Source: an uncultured virus (IMG/VR IMGVR_UViG_3300010354_000066) (lineage: Duplodnaviria > Heunggongvirae > Uroviricota > Caudoviricetes). Taken from it: DNA of 64,000 nucleotides. Below, one piece after another: positions 9,272 to 20,200 of the stretch. The stretch is from the IMG/VR virus record IMGVR_UViG_3300010354_000066, positions 1 to 64,000 of that record; one strand, written 5' to 3'. The notes under the pieces were generated by a model. That model searched no databases. It worked only from the letters and a program-made list of their open reading frames with translations, and had not been told where the DNA came from. The first letter of the stretch is position 1; every line of letters starts with the position of its first letter. A program made the translations under genes and the position numbers.

Positions 9272-10507
9272 ATGGCTACACCTGGAGTAAAAACTTTAAT
9301 AAGAGATCGCTTCTATAGCGTCTCACGTCAGGACACACCAGTTGGTCCCAGAATCGTTGCGATTGCCAAGCGTAGTACCGCCAGTGGCACAGGTTCTGTA
9401 GCTGATCTTGATGTCGTTAGAGCCTCTAATGAGGCTGATGTTATCACTGCATTTGGCGATGGCTCAGATGCTCACCGCGCCTACCTAGAACTTATTTTAG
9501 CTGGTGCCGGCAGAGTGTATATTGTTCCGTTGCCAAGCGATACAACATGGACCCATAGTACCGGAACAGTAACAAGTAGCTCATATGGCGGCAGTGTTTT
9601 TGACGCTGCATTCATTGCAGCTGAAGCTGTTATTCCTGATGTTATTATTCCATGGGGAAGAGGCGCTCATCCAGATGAATGGGCAGCTACTCCAAGTTCT
9701 CCAGAATTTGGTTTCTATGCAGATAATAGTGCCACAGTAACTAGCAACTGGGCCTATAAGGTAGCAGCTAAGGTTAAGGACATTTCAGAGAATATTAACC
9801 CATGCGTCGCCGTTATGGGAATCAAGCCCTATACAGGAGCTTCAGAAACAATGACTCCTGGTCAGGTTAACTCACACTTAGCTGTTAGCTCATTGCCAGA
9901 TCGTGACGCCAGTGATCTTCTTAAGGAAGTTGGACCATATGTTACAATCGTAGCATCAGAGGTTAAGCCAGTTAATTATGTATCTGGCACAACAGAATTT
10001 GGATACTCAAATGGTGCAGCTAACTTAGCTGCAACTATGAGTCTAAATCCTTCTTATAGTTCAGTAGTTAATAAGCCTTTGTACAACATAGATTCTGTTC
10101 GCTACGCTCCAACAAGAACTCAGCAGGCAGCTTTAGGAACAAAGGGCGTTAACTCTGTAATTATAAACTTTAACAAGATTCCAGTATTTGGTGAAGGCCT
10201 AACATTCGCTTGGTCAACATCAGATTACACACGTCTCTCAACAAAGAGAATTGTTGACGACGCAACATCAGTTGTAAGACAAGCCTGCCAGAGATTTGTT
10301 GGTGAGCCATCAAACATTCAAACACGCAATGCAATGGAAACAGCAATAACATCTGGCTTGAGAGGAATGCAAATAGTAGGAGCCTTACTTGGTAGTGACT
10401 TTACAGTCTCTTACATACCAAACGAAAATAAGGCGATTGTAGACCTCATTTTAACACCTGCCTTCGAGCTCAAAGAAATCGAAGTCAGAGTAGCCATTAA
10501 TCTATAA
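9272..10507 (+). CDS. Contractile tail sheath protein (compact, 411 aa)
   Basis: GGAGGA RBS. N-terminal PGV motif and classic sheath C-terminal domain (LGTKGVNSV...DYTRLSTKRIVD...RFVGEPSN..TR...L.PAFELKEIEV). Confidence 0.85.
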   Translation: MATPGVKTLIRDRFYSVSRQDTPVGPRIVAIAKRSTASGTGSVADLDVVRASNEADVITAFGDGSDAHRAYLELILAGAGRVYIVPLPSDTTWTHSTGTVTSSSYGGSVFDAAFIAAEAVIPDVIIPWGRGAHPDEWAATPSSPEFGFYADNSATVTSNWAYKVAAKVKDISENINPCVAVMGIKPYTGASETMTPGQVNSHLAVSSLPDRDASDLLKEVGPYVTIVASEVKPVNYVSGTTEFGYSNGAANLAATMSLNPSYSSVVNKPLYNIDSVRYAPTRTQQAALGTKGVNSVIINFNKIPVFGEGLTFAWSTSDYTRLSTKRIVDDATSVVRQACQRFVGEPSNIQTRNAMETAITSGLRGMQIVGALLGSDFTVSYIPNENKAIVDLILTPAFELKEIEVRVAINL

Positions 10508-10534
10508 TAATTACCGATTAGGAGGGTAACTTAA

Positions 10535-11197
10535 ATGGCAGCCGAAGAATACACATCAGTAAATAAATATCTCAACACCTATACTACATTCTCTGGAGCA
10601 GATATTGTAGCTACATTTGGTGGAGTTGAAATAGGTGCACTTTCTGGAATTACTTTCTCAGTAACAAGAGAAAAGGCACCCATCTACACAATGGGTTCAC
10701 CCAACCCTCGTTCTTTCTCAAGAGGAAAAAGAGGTATTGCTGGATCACTAATATTTACAGTTTTTGATCGTCCAGCACTATACAAGATGTTGGAACAGAA
10801 CTATACCAATGAAAGACCAATGGACTTCTATACAAGAACCAGTAACACACTTCCTGGTGATCCCGGTCACAAGAGAGGTATTGTAGATGTTAATGAGCAG
10901 AAGACTGGTGTAGTAAGAAAGGTTCCTTTCTACGCTGACCAAATTCCCCCATTCGATATTACAGTAACCTTTGCCAATGAGTATGGTCAAGCAGCAGTAA
11001 GATCAATCTATGGTGTAGAACTTCTTAATGAAGGTTCAGGTGCATCGATGGATGACATCGTTATCGAAGAAACAATGACATATGTAGCTCGTGAATTAGG
11101 GCCTATGTATACCATCAGAAACGATAGCATGGTTGATCCCACTAATCTTGTAGGAATAACACCAGAAGGTCTTAATACTACAATTATCAGACCCTGA
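10535..11197 (+). CDS. Major tail tube protein
   Basis: Follows the sheath, has an AGGAGG RBS and is followed by a terminator. Motifs TFSGADIV, ITFSVTREKAP, RGIAGSLIFTVF, PPFDIT, IYGVELL, SMDD..IEE...YVAR. Confidence 0.75.
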   Translation: MAAEEYTSVNKYLNTYTTFSGADIVATFGGVEIGALSGITFSVTREKAPIYTMGSPNPRSFSRGKRGIAGSLIFTVFDRPALYKMLEQNYTNERPMDFYTRTSNTLPGDPGHKRGIVDVNEQKTGVVRKVPFYADQIPPFDITVTFANEYGQAAVRSIYGVELLNEGSGASMDDIVIEETMTYVARELGPMYTIRNDSMVDPTNLVGITPEGLNTTIIRP

Positions 11198-11217
11198 TAG
11201 TTTTATCACTCTCTAAC

Positions 11218-11252
11218 AAAGGTGCATGGATGTATATTCCGTGCACCTTTTT
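11218..11252 (+). terminator. Intrinsic terminator after the sheath-tube pair
   Basis: AAAGGTGCATGGA (11218-11230) pairs with TCCGTGCACCTTT (11238-11250), with one G-U pair, followed by a T-run. Confidence 0.85.
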
Positions 11253-11269
11253 AGTTATAGGAGAATAAT

Positions 11270-12031
11270 ATGGTAGGTCCAAAAATATTCAGTTTAACTG
11301 AAAATAAAAAAATAGAAAATCAAAAAAATGATTTATTTGATCCAGATAAATTTTTATCAACAATGTCATTTTCTGGGGCTGACGCAGTCGCAACAATCAT
11401 TGTTCCAGTAATTGGCAAAGATGGAAACATAGATGGATCTGGAGATGTAATTACCTTAGGTGAATTGCAGACAATATCATACTCTATACATAGAGAAAAC
11501 TCGCCAATAAGAACTCTTGGACATGTAAACGTAAAAGGTTTCGTAAAAGGTGGAAGAACAATCGCCGGCAGCCTAATATTCACAGTGTTTAATGAATATG
11601 CGTTCTATAGAATAAAGCAGTTCAAAGAATATCTATCAAGAAAAAAGGGATTCTTTGCTCCTCTTGCAGATATGTTGCCACCCTTTGATATAGTCATTAC
11701 ATTTTTTAATGAGTATGGATTAGGTGCAAAAATGAAACTGTATGGAGTTACTATAGTAGATGAAGGTCAAACTCTATCTATTGATGACTTGATTACAGAG
11801 CAAACATATACATATATGGCAAGAGGAATACAGCCACTCATCAAGATGCCAGATGATGCTCTTGTTTCTAGGGATGATTCTTATACTGATGAAATGAAAG
11901 CCCGAGATCAAATAAGCACCAATGTGTTTGGCGATTTAATTATAGATGAATTAGCTCAGTTAAATGAGGCCGAATACTATAATCAAAAGTATAACAAGGT
12001 GACTAAGACTAAAGAAGTTAAGCCAATATGA
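11270..12031 (+). CDS. Tail-tube paralog 2 (minor tube/initiator)
   Basis: Shares SFSGAD, ISYSIHRE, RTIAGSLIFTVF, PPFDI, LYGV, SIDD, YMAR with 10535..11197. Confidence 0.7.
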   Translation: MVGPKIFSLTENKKIENQKNDLFDPDKFLSTMSFSGADAVATIIVPVIGKDGNIDGSGDVITLGELQTISYSIHRENSPIRTLGHVNVKGFVKGGRTIAGSLIFTVFNEYAFYRIKQFKEYLSRKKGFFAPLADMLPPFDIVITFFNEYGLGAKMKLYGVTIVDEGQTLSIDDLITEQTYTYMARGIQPLIKMPDDALVSRDDSYTDEMKARDQISTNVFGDLIIDELAQLNEAEYYNQKYNKVTKTKEVKPI

Positions 12032-12999
12032 CGATAAGAAATAATGATGGCATAAGAGAATTTGATCCACTCCACGAAAAACTAGATTTAGTATGGGGTG
12101 GTGGAGCAAAGAATGACCTAAGATTTACAAACTATTACGATTATTATTTTAGTGGCGAAGATATTCGTGTATATATTGATGGATTATTTGCTCCAGAATA
12201 TGAATTAGACATCGCAACATTTGGCTTTAATGTCAGACAGGAAAAACAGCCTTTATATGGATTTTGGTCATACAATTATGACGCCATGATGTATGGTTCA
12301 AGAATTATAAATGGAGAAATAACTATCTTCACAAGATATCCTAGAAGAATGACAGAACTTCTAGAAATTGCAGCACAAATGAGAGTAGCTGCTGCCAAAG
12401 ATAAAAATTCTCCAAATAAAATAGCATCAAACTTACGCTCTACATTTGAAAACGAAGAAGACGAAAGATTGATGGATAAATACTGGGCGCGTAGTCAACT
12501 AGATAGAGTCAGTCAGGACCCCTTTGCTAAGAATGTTCAAAATTCAAATAGAAACATCTTTAGCGCCCACCCACCATTTAATTTTGTTATAGTCTATGGA
12601 TTAGAAGAAATTGCCCTTACACCTACAAACGCATTTCAAAATCAGGATGAAAAAAGGACAGATCTAACAGATCAAATGATAATTTCAGATTATAATCAAA
12701 GAACCGTTAAATCAAGTAATTTAACAACTCCCATGAAAATTATTATTCAAGAAGTTAACCTAATGAATATGTCCATGGTTTATACCCCAGGTGGTCAGGC
12801 TTTAGCTGAAACATATCAGTTTATAGCAAGAGATCATTATTTCTCTGAAGTTCCTGATGACTTAATAAAGACAAGTACTACATTTGTAGCATCAAATACC
12901 CCTAATTCTGCAAGGCAGACTCAGTCGCAGGTTCCAGTTAGCTCAACAAGCAATTGGCAAGATTTTCAGCAGCAGAATGGTCAAAATTTAAGTTTCTAG
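12028..12999 (+). CDS. Tail-tube paralog 3 (more diverged)
   Basis: YFSGED, RQEKQPLYG, GSRIINGEI, PPFNF and ETYQFIARD match the same pattern. Confidence 0.65.
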   Translation: MTIRNNDGIREFDPLHEKLDLVWGGGAKNDLRFTNYYDYYFSGEDIRVYIDGLFAPEYELDIATFGFNVRQEKQPLYGFWSYNYDAMMYGSRIINGEITIFTRYPRRMTELLEIAAQMRVAAAKDKNSPNKIASNLRSTFENEEDERLMDKYWARSQLDRVSQDPFAKNVQNSNRNIFSAHPPFNFVIVYGLEEIALTPTNAFQNQDEKRTDLTDQMIISDYNQRTVKSSNLTTPMKIIIQEVNLMNMSMVYTPGGQALAETYQFIARDHYFSEVPDDLIKTSTTFVASNTPNSARQTQSQVPVSSTSNWQDFQQQNGQNLSF

Positions 13000-13028
13000 T
13001 TGTATAGAAAAATGTAATGTGATATAAT
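13000..13028 (+). promoter_or_regulatory. Sigma70/SigA-type promoter
   Basis: TTGTAT (13000-13005), 17 nt spacer, TATAAT (13023-13028) with extended -10 TG at 13020-13021. AAGGAG RBS and ATG at 13058 follow. Confidence 0.75.
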
Positions 13029-13057
13029 AATTTAGTTCTGACAAAGGAGAACATGTT

Positions 13058-13600
13058 ATGGATAATAAAAGAAAAGTTGTAGTTTCTAATATAGACATTG
13101 AATCGAATGAAGATTCTAAAACAGCAACAATTGACCTATCTTTTGAGGACGTTAGTGACTTGAATGACGATATCTCTTTCGTTGAAGAGTCAATGGATTC
13201 TGACGATGAAGCAGATTATAAAGACATTGAAGACGTTCCCGATGATGAAGAAATCTGGGAAAATGGACCAAAGGCTGGCCTGGTCAAAGACTGGAAAAAG
13301 CAATATGGCGACATATATGTAACCTCTATTACATATGATAAGCATGTTGTATGGAGAGTATTAAATAGAGCAGAGTATAAGCAAATTGTCAAAAAGATGG
13401 AACAGTTAGTTCAGGCTGGACAGCTTTCAACTGCTGAGGCAAATCTCTGGAATGAAGAGACAATTGCAGAGCTATGCATGTTGTATCCAAAATTTGATAA
13501 GAATAACTCCACTGGATTTATGGCAGGATTGCCATCGCTAATCGCCCAAGAGGTTTTAGAGGCTTCTGGATTCGTGGCTTTAGAGGTAAGACAGTTATAA
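13058..13600 (+). CDS. Tail assembly chaperone 1
   Basis: Lies between tube and tape measure genes. Acidic N-terminus and WKKQYGDIY...WRVLNRAEY...AGLPSLIAQEVLEASGF core. Confidence 0.65.
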   Translation: MDNKRKVVVSNIDIESNEDSKTATIDLSFEDVSDLNDDISFVEESMDSDDEADYKDIEDVPDDEEIWENGPKAGLVKDWKKQYGDIYVTSITYDKHVVWRVLNRAEYKQIVKKMEQLVQAGQLSTAEANLWNEETIAELCMLYPKFDKNNSTGFMAGLPSLIAQEVLEASGFVALEVRQL

Positions 13601-13603
13601 GAA

Positions 13604-14233
13604 ATGATAGATTCAGATTTAGTTTTTGCTTTAAAAAACAAATATGGAAATATCTATAGCGTTGATATCAAAGGGCAGACTCTTATATTTAGAGAGTTGA
13701 CATTTAAAGAATATAATAAAATTCTTTATTTGCAAGAATTAGAAGATTTTTCATCAGCTGATATGGAAGATCTAATATTATCTTTTGCCATAATATACCC
13801 AGAGCAATTTGATACAATGAGAATTCCTCCAGGAGCAGTATCTTCTTTAGCTCAAGAGATATTAGATATATCTGGATTCTTTAGCGTAAAAGTAGCGAAA
13901 GCTACTTTAGAATCAAAAAGATTTGAAGCAACAGAAGTTAAAAATTTAATGAAAGCCTTTGTTCTCGCTACTATAAGTACGTATACTCCTGAAAATTTAG
14001 ATGAAATGACATTTTCTGAATTAGCTGAAAAAGTTGCACTAGCAGAAAAAATCATAGAAATTAAACAAGGAATAAATGGTATAGAGCCAACAAATCTTAC
14101 TTTGCAATTAATAGATCCTGAAGAAGAAGAAGAAAAAGAGAAGATTAGAGCAGCTCGCCACAATATGTCCATTAAAGATGGAGAAGCAAAATATGAAGAC
14201 CCCATTGCTCGTAAGTTGTGGGGTGTAGGTTAG
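13604..14233 (+). CDS. Tail assembly chaperone 2 (paralog with C-terminal extension)
   Basis: LKNKYGNIY...FRELTFKEY...PGAVSSLAQEILDISGF parallels chaperone 1, then a YTPENLDEMTFSEL helical extension resembling a T-like domain. Confidence 0.65.
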   Translation: MIDSDLVFALKNKYGNIYSVDIKGQTLIFRELTFKEYNKILYLQELEDFSSADMEDLILSFAIIYPEQFDTMRIPPGAVSSLAQEILDISGFFSVKVAKATLESKRFEATEVKNLMKAFVLATISTYTPENLDEMTFSELAEKVALAEKIIEIKQGINGIEPTNLTLQLIDPEEEEEKEKIRAARHNMSIKDGEAKYEDPIARKLWGVG

Positions 14234-14246
14234 ATAGGACAAAACC

Positions 14247-17200
14247 TTGATAAGAGATCCTGGCCCAATTAAAAATTTAGGCTACAGTGTAACCTCAAGG
14301 GATATTCCTAATACTCAGGATGAAGAGCGTGGAGACGCTCCCAATTCTACATTTGTCAGTAGAGCTTTAAATAACCACCCAGTCCTGAGATTCCTGGGAA
14401 CCGCTGCTGCCACAATGGGTAGCATGTTTGTGCTCAGTAAAGTCACCAAACAGGGTGGCTTAAGACTTGCAAAGACTTTACAAGACCAGGCATCAGTAAA
14501 ACCTGATGGACTTTCTTCAAGAGCTCTTCGTAGCTTAACCGAATTCCGAAGAGAGTTAGATGCACTAGAAGGTGTATCAAGAAGTATTGATGGCGTTGAT
14601 CCAAATCAGTTGGATCCGTATAGTCAACTTGTTTTTGAACGTGGCGGAAAATTAACAACCGGAACAATAAAAAACAATCAGTATTTTACAAAAAATGAAT
14701 TAGCTCAGGCAGGTAAAGGTACAGAATATGAACCAGCTGCGATATGGTCTGCAAGAGATTCATTTCAAGCTAGAATGGTTAAATCTGCCAGGAGACTTCC
14801 TTATGAATTGCCAGCGCTTTACGTTGGACAGAAAGCATTAGTAGATCCAATATTTGGTGGTCGTGAAGATAAAGCTAAAGTTAATTGGTATAATCCAGTA
14901 GACGTAGTTACAGACTTTGTTAAAGAATCAAGCACCGCCCTAGTAACAATGATGCTTCCATTTGAGGCAGCTGGTGCAGCTGCTGGTAATGCTCGTCACT
15001 CCATAATGACATTTAGACAGTCAATGGGTGATGTTACCAGGTCAATGGGTGTAAACACATTTAAGACACGAGCAGCACAAAAGTTTGTAGATTTAAGCGA
15101 TGTTCTATCTGAAGTAGGACATGATCTCAGTAAAATAACCAATCAAGCCTTAAAAGTATCAGCGCAAACTTCTGGTGGCATACAAGCAGCTACAAAACAA
15201 TATTATGCAGATAGGCCAAACTTACCTGCTATATTATCAGCAGTAAGAAATACTAGAGCCAGAGAATCTTGGGCAGCTTCGTCTGGACAAAATACCTTAA
15301 AGAGAGCAGCAACTTTTGGTAGAAGATTAGCATTTGGTGATGGAGCAGATGGAAGTTTTGGATATATAGATCTGCTTCCCGGACTAAGGGGCCTGGGATC
15401 TTCTGTTCGTCAGGGTATAAATGAATTTAGAAAAGTCGGTGCAGGCTATGATGTAATTAATAGATCTGTTGAATTTGATGCCATGGTTCGTTCTGGTACA
15501 TCCAGGGGAATAATATCAGATGCCAGTGATTTAACTTCAGTTATCAAAAGAATTCAATCTGGATATGGAAATAGAATGTCCAGATTGGCACAAAAGATAG
15601 AGTCCACTGGTGGTGGTGGAGTAGGATCTGGATCTTTTTATACTTCTGAATTTTTTAGAGGGCAAGAACAATCTGCCTACAAAGAAGTATTGCAAAGAGC
15701 AATATTAAAAAATGCAGGAAGAACAAATGATGAAGCTTTTGAAAAGCTAACCAATAATTTTGTTAATCAGATTCACGTTGAAAGAGGCGTAACTGAAGTC
15801 AGTAGAAAAATTACTATTGGAAAAACAAAAATATTGAAAGAAGGCGATGAAGCTTTTGAAGAAATATTAACAAGATTCTCTGGTACTGCAAACACAAATA
15901 TTCCAGGAGGATTCTTAACTACTGATGCCCTAAGATCATCCATTGATGACGCTACGAGAGTTTTTGAAGGTAGAGAATTTCAAGCCCAATTGAGAAGAAG
16001 GGCCGAAAAAGCTTGGTCAGCTGTGTCAGATCAGGGTTTTCCCGCAGTTGCATCAAAGATACTAAAAACTAAAAAAGCATCTTTTGAAGATTTTAGCGAT
16101 TTAAATAATTTAACCAGCGCTAAAAGAGACTTCTTAATAAAAAGATCAGCTCAAAGAATGGGTGTTCAGCTAAAACATTCTGATGGTAGAGACGTTTCAG
16201 AGGCAGTTTTATCAAATCGATTAGCCGGTCTAGGAATAGATACCTCCAACTTACTTCAGATGAGGTCATTTCTAGTTAGAGAAAAACAAATAAGCTCAGG
16301 CATATTTGCTGGAGGGTATAACATCCTAGGCCTTAGGCCAATGACATTGGACGAAGGATTTGAAAAAGGAATATTCTCCAATTTAACAGATGATAGCCAA
16401 AATATAATTAGAGACATTGGAAAAAGAGTAGCACTTCAAGATCCAACAACAACTTCCGCTAGCGTTTCAGTACTAAGGGATACCTATGTCACTAGGTCCG
16501 GAAATGTATTGGACTTTTCTGGAATAAGACAATCTATAAGTAATGTAGGAAACTTCTTTGCAAGAGATTTAAAAATTCCTATTCTTAACTTTAACCCAGC
16601 GCAAATGTTGGGCAAAGGTTCTTTTGATGAAATGTCTGGTCGAGCACCATTTCAAATTGTTCAAGGAAAAATAACTCAACCATTCTTAAGCGAAGCTGAT
16701 CAAGCATCTGATTTCTATCTATTTTTTAGCGGAGGAAGAACAAAAGGACAAGTTATGGCCTTCAATAGAGAGGCTATGACCGGAGGATATCAAGCACGAC
16801 AACTAGAGGGTTTTTATAGACCATTAAAAAGAGGCAGCCTAGGAATACTTTCAAGACAAGCTAGAAACGCAGCCTCAGAAAAGAATGCAAAGTCTTTAAA
16901 TGAGTTAAATGCTCTTAAATTAGATGAAAATGGCAATCCCATAAATAGATCTAAGTTATTTAAGGCTTTAAGAATTTCTCCACAAAAAGAATTACAGTTT
17001 AGAGAAAAGTTTGATATTGACTTTGAGCAGCCAAATTCTTTACCCGGCTTACTAAAAAGATTTGCCCAAAGAAAAACAGACGTAGATAATCCAGCCTTTT
17101 TTGCAAGAATATTAAAAGGTGAAACCGTAAATGTAAAAGGAAAAAATTATAAATTAGATGTTGGAGCTGAGGCAAGCAGCGCTGTAAGAATAGTTGATGA

Positions 17201-20200
17201 TTCTGGCGCAGAAATGATTTCTGAAGGAGAATTCCTAAGAGCTTTTGAAAGATTTAGAAAATCTACTTTTGGCACAGCTATGCCAAGGAAAGCAATGAAA
17301 TCAATAGAAGATCGTGGAGTTGGGACATTTTATGGTCAAAGAACTTCAGATTTAAATAACGCTCAAGATACCATAGCATTTGCTCAAAGAATACTAGCCA
17401 GAGCTACAGACGACGCTGCACAATTAAGAAGCAGGGGTTTCGACACTGATACCTTCTATATGATGGGTAGTAGAATTAGGAAACTATTAGAAGAAGCAGA
17501 TTTAATGTCTGGTTCACACATCGCTGCTAAAAGTCCAACAATTCTAACAAGAGAAGATCAGTTAAAAGATGAAATATTTAGATACTTAATACAAAGAGAC
17601 GAGCTGCTTGCGCAAGGAGCAGCAGGTGCAACAGGTAGATCTTACGGAAATGCATTTATACAAATTAACCAAGCAATATCGGAAATGTCTGGACAATTAC
17701 CTGCTGGTCAATTGGCAGAAGCACAAGCTGCAGCCTTTTCTACATTACTAAACCTAAGTTCGTTCAGAGCCAATAGAAGCAACCTTAGTAACTTGGCAGT
17801 ACAAAGAGGCTCTGTAAGAGAAGCTGCCTCAATAATAAAAGGGAATGCAGAAAAGGGTATATCTGGTGTCGAAAAACTTTTAGATCCATATGTTAGAGGA
17901 ACAACAGCCAGAATAGGTGAGATTGGAAAGTCCGGTTTATTTAAACAGTTAGTATACCCAAAGCTTAGTACAGCGCCATACTCAATGTCTGATTTCGCTT
18001 CAGACGCCCTAGGATCTACAAGGGGACCTGGCGCAGATGTTTTACTAACACCTACATTTGGTACTGTTTTTGGTAGAGACCCCTTTGCAGCAATAAAGAG
18101 TGTTTTAGGCATAAATACATTTAATAATACACAAGGCTATTCGAGTGCATCAGCAGCCTTTTCTCATGGAGTTGAAAGATTAAATAAATATTTTGGTACA
18201 CTTGGACTGCAGCTTGATGTAAATAAATACTCATCTCCATTAAGTCTATTTGCTTCTGGCATGGTTGGAAAAAGAGTTCTTCCAATATACGCCGCCGGAA
18301 CAGGAATAATGACAGTAGATAGAACTATTGGCGGAATGGTTAATGAAAAAGATGAAAGGGGAGAAAGAGTATACTCTCCATTCTTTATCGGTGGTGCAGC
18401 TAAAGTAGCCGGAAATCTACATGCACTTGGGGCTGGAATAACTCCTGGTGGAATGAATTTTCAAGAGAAAAAAGAACAATTATTTGAAGGTGAAGTAGCT
18501 ATTCGCCAAGGACGTTTCTGGCCATTGGGTAATACGCCATTTATGGGCGGAAAGATTATGTATTATCGTCCGAGCATCTATAGAAAGATAGAAGCTGGGG
18601 CAATGTTTACCTCAGATACATATGGAAGCCCAATAGAAAAAGCTTTATTTTATACTGACATATCTCCACTTAGACCATTTGATCCTTATAGATTTGAAAG
18701 AAAACACTTTGTCGATAGACCATACCCTGTAACTGGAGAATACTTTAGTGGTCCATTTGGACCTCTAGTCCCGGCCCTAAATGCAACAGTTGGAAGAATT
18801 CTAAAACCAGAAACCCTAATGCACGAAAGAGAGTTAGCAGCCGGATTAGCTAATTATGCTCCAGCTGGCCAGTCCGGAGCATATAATGCAGCAGCCTATA
18901 TATCTGGTGGAATGACTCAGGGATCAGTTCCAGGAGGACCACTTGGATCAGGAATGCCAATCCCAGTCGGAGGAGTATCATCTGGTGGAGCTGGCGGAAT
19001 GCAAGCATCTACAAATGCAATGTTAGCAGGACGAGCTGGGGCCTTAAATACGGCTCAAGCAGATACAAGAAATACAATATCAAGTATTAATAACCAATAT
19101 TTGCAGATGGCCTATGGTCCAAGCAAGGTATCTGGCGTAATGCCACAAAGAATAATACCAGCAGGAGCTCCTCTAAGTGTTGGAAATGTTCAGGTTCAGT
19201 CACAGGAGCTAGGCTATAGAACTCAAGAAATGCTAGGTATTTATGGTTTCGGAATAGGTACTTTGCGTGAAAATTTTGGATATGGACAATCAGACTTTGC
19301 TCCACAAAGATCTGTTTTGCAGGCAGCATCTAAAGCTTATGGTACAAGTCGTCAATTTTGGGATCTTAATCTTGGTGGATTGGGAGATATCCCACTTATG
19401 TCTGGTTCTCAAGTAGGGTCTTTAGAATTTTCTGAAGTAACAAGAAGATTCATACCGAAAGAAAGAACAGACGTTAATTACATTAATCCAATAAGAAATC
19501 TTATGGGACAACAATATCCATTCTTGCCAGGACCTGAGTATTTTACAGACTTTACGACCGGTGACCCATTTGCCAAAGTTCAAGAAGGCGAACTAAGACT
19601 ACCCGGAGTTGCGTACGAAAGATTAAATAGACTTAGGTCTGATGAAACTGGTAGATACGGGCTATTGGATCAATATAAAATATTAGGAGATGTTGCTCCT
19701 TACTCTAGGCAGTATAGAGCTTTAGATAAAAAAATTGACACGATGGTTAATGATCCTGCTGATCGTATATATGTTCAAGATCTTAGGGAAAGAACATTGG
19801 CAGCACAGCAGAAACGTCAATTTACAGATTATAAATATAGATATCAATCAGCCCAAGAGGCAGGGTCTCATCCACTGCCGTATGCGCTTGGAAGAGCAGC
19901 CGAATATATAGCTCACAGAGATACCTTTATAAATAGAAAATTTTTAAACAAAACTACTGCTGTTGAGGATTGGGAAAGAAACAATGTTTATGGGGCAACT
20001 TTCCCAGAATGGCAAAGGCCAGTAGAAAGCTTCATAGAACCAATGATCAACAAAGCTGCAAATAGAAATCCATTAGCAGCAGCCTCTGCTTTAGCAGTTA
20101 CGGGAACATTTTTTGGCAAAACTGCAAAAGGAAAGCTAATCTCATCCGCAGTAGGAGCAATTACAGGTTTAGTTGTTTCTTCTTTTAATCAAGCTAAAGA

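Noticed and set aside
13560..13610. Classical slippery-site G/GT frameshift in the tail chaperone
   Set aside because: No X XXY YYZ heptamer near the end of the first chaperone, and the two ORFs are in the same frame.
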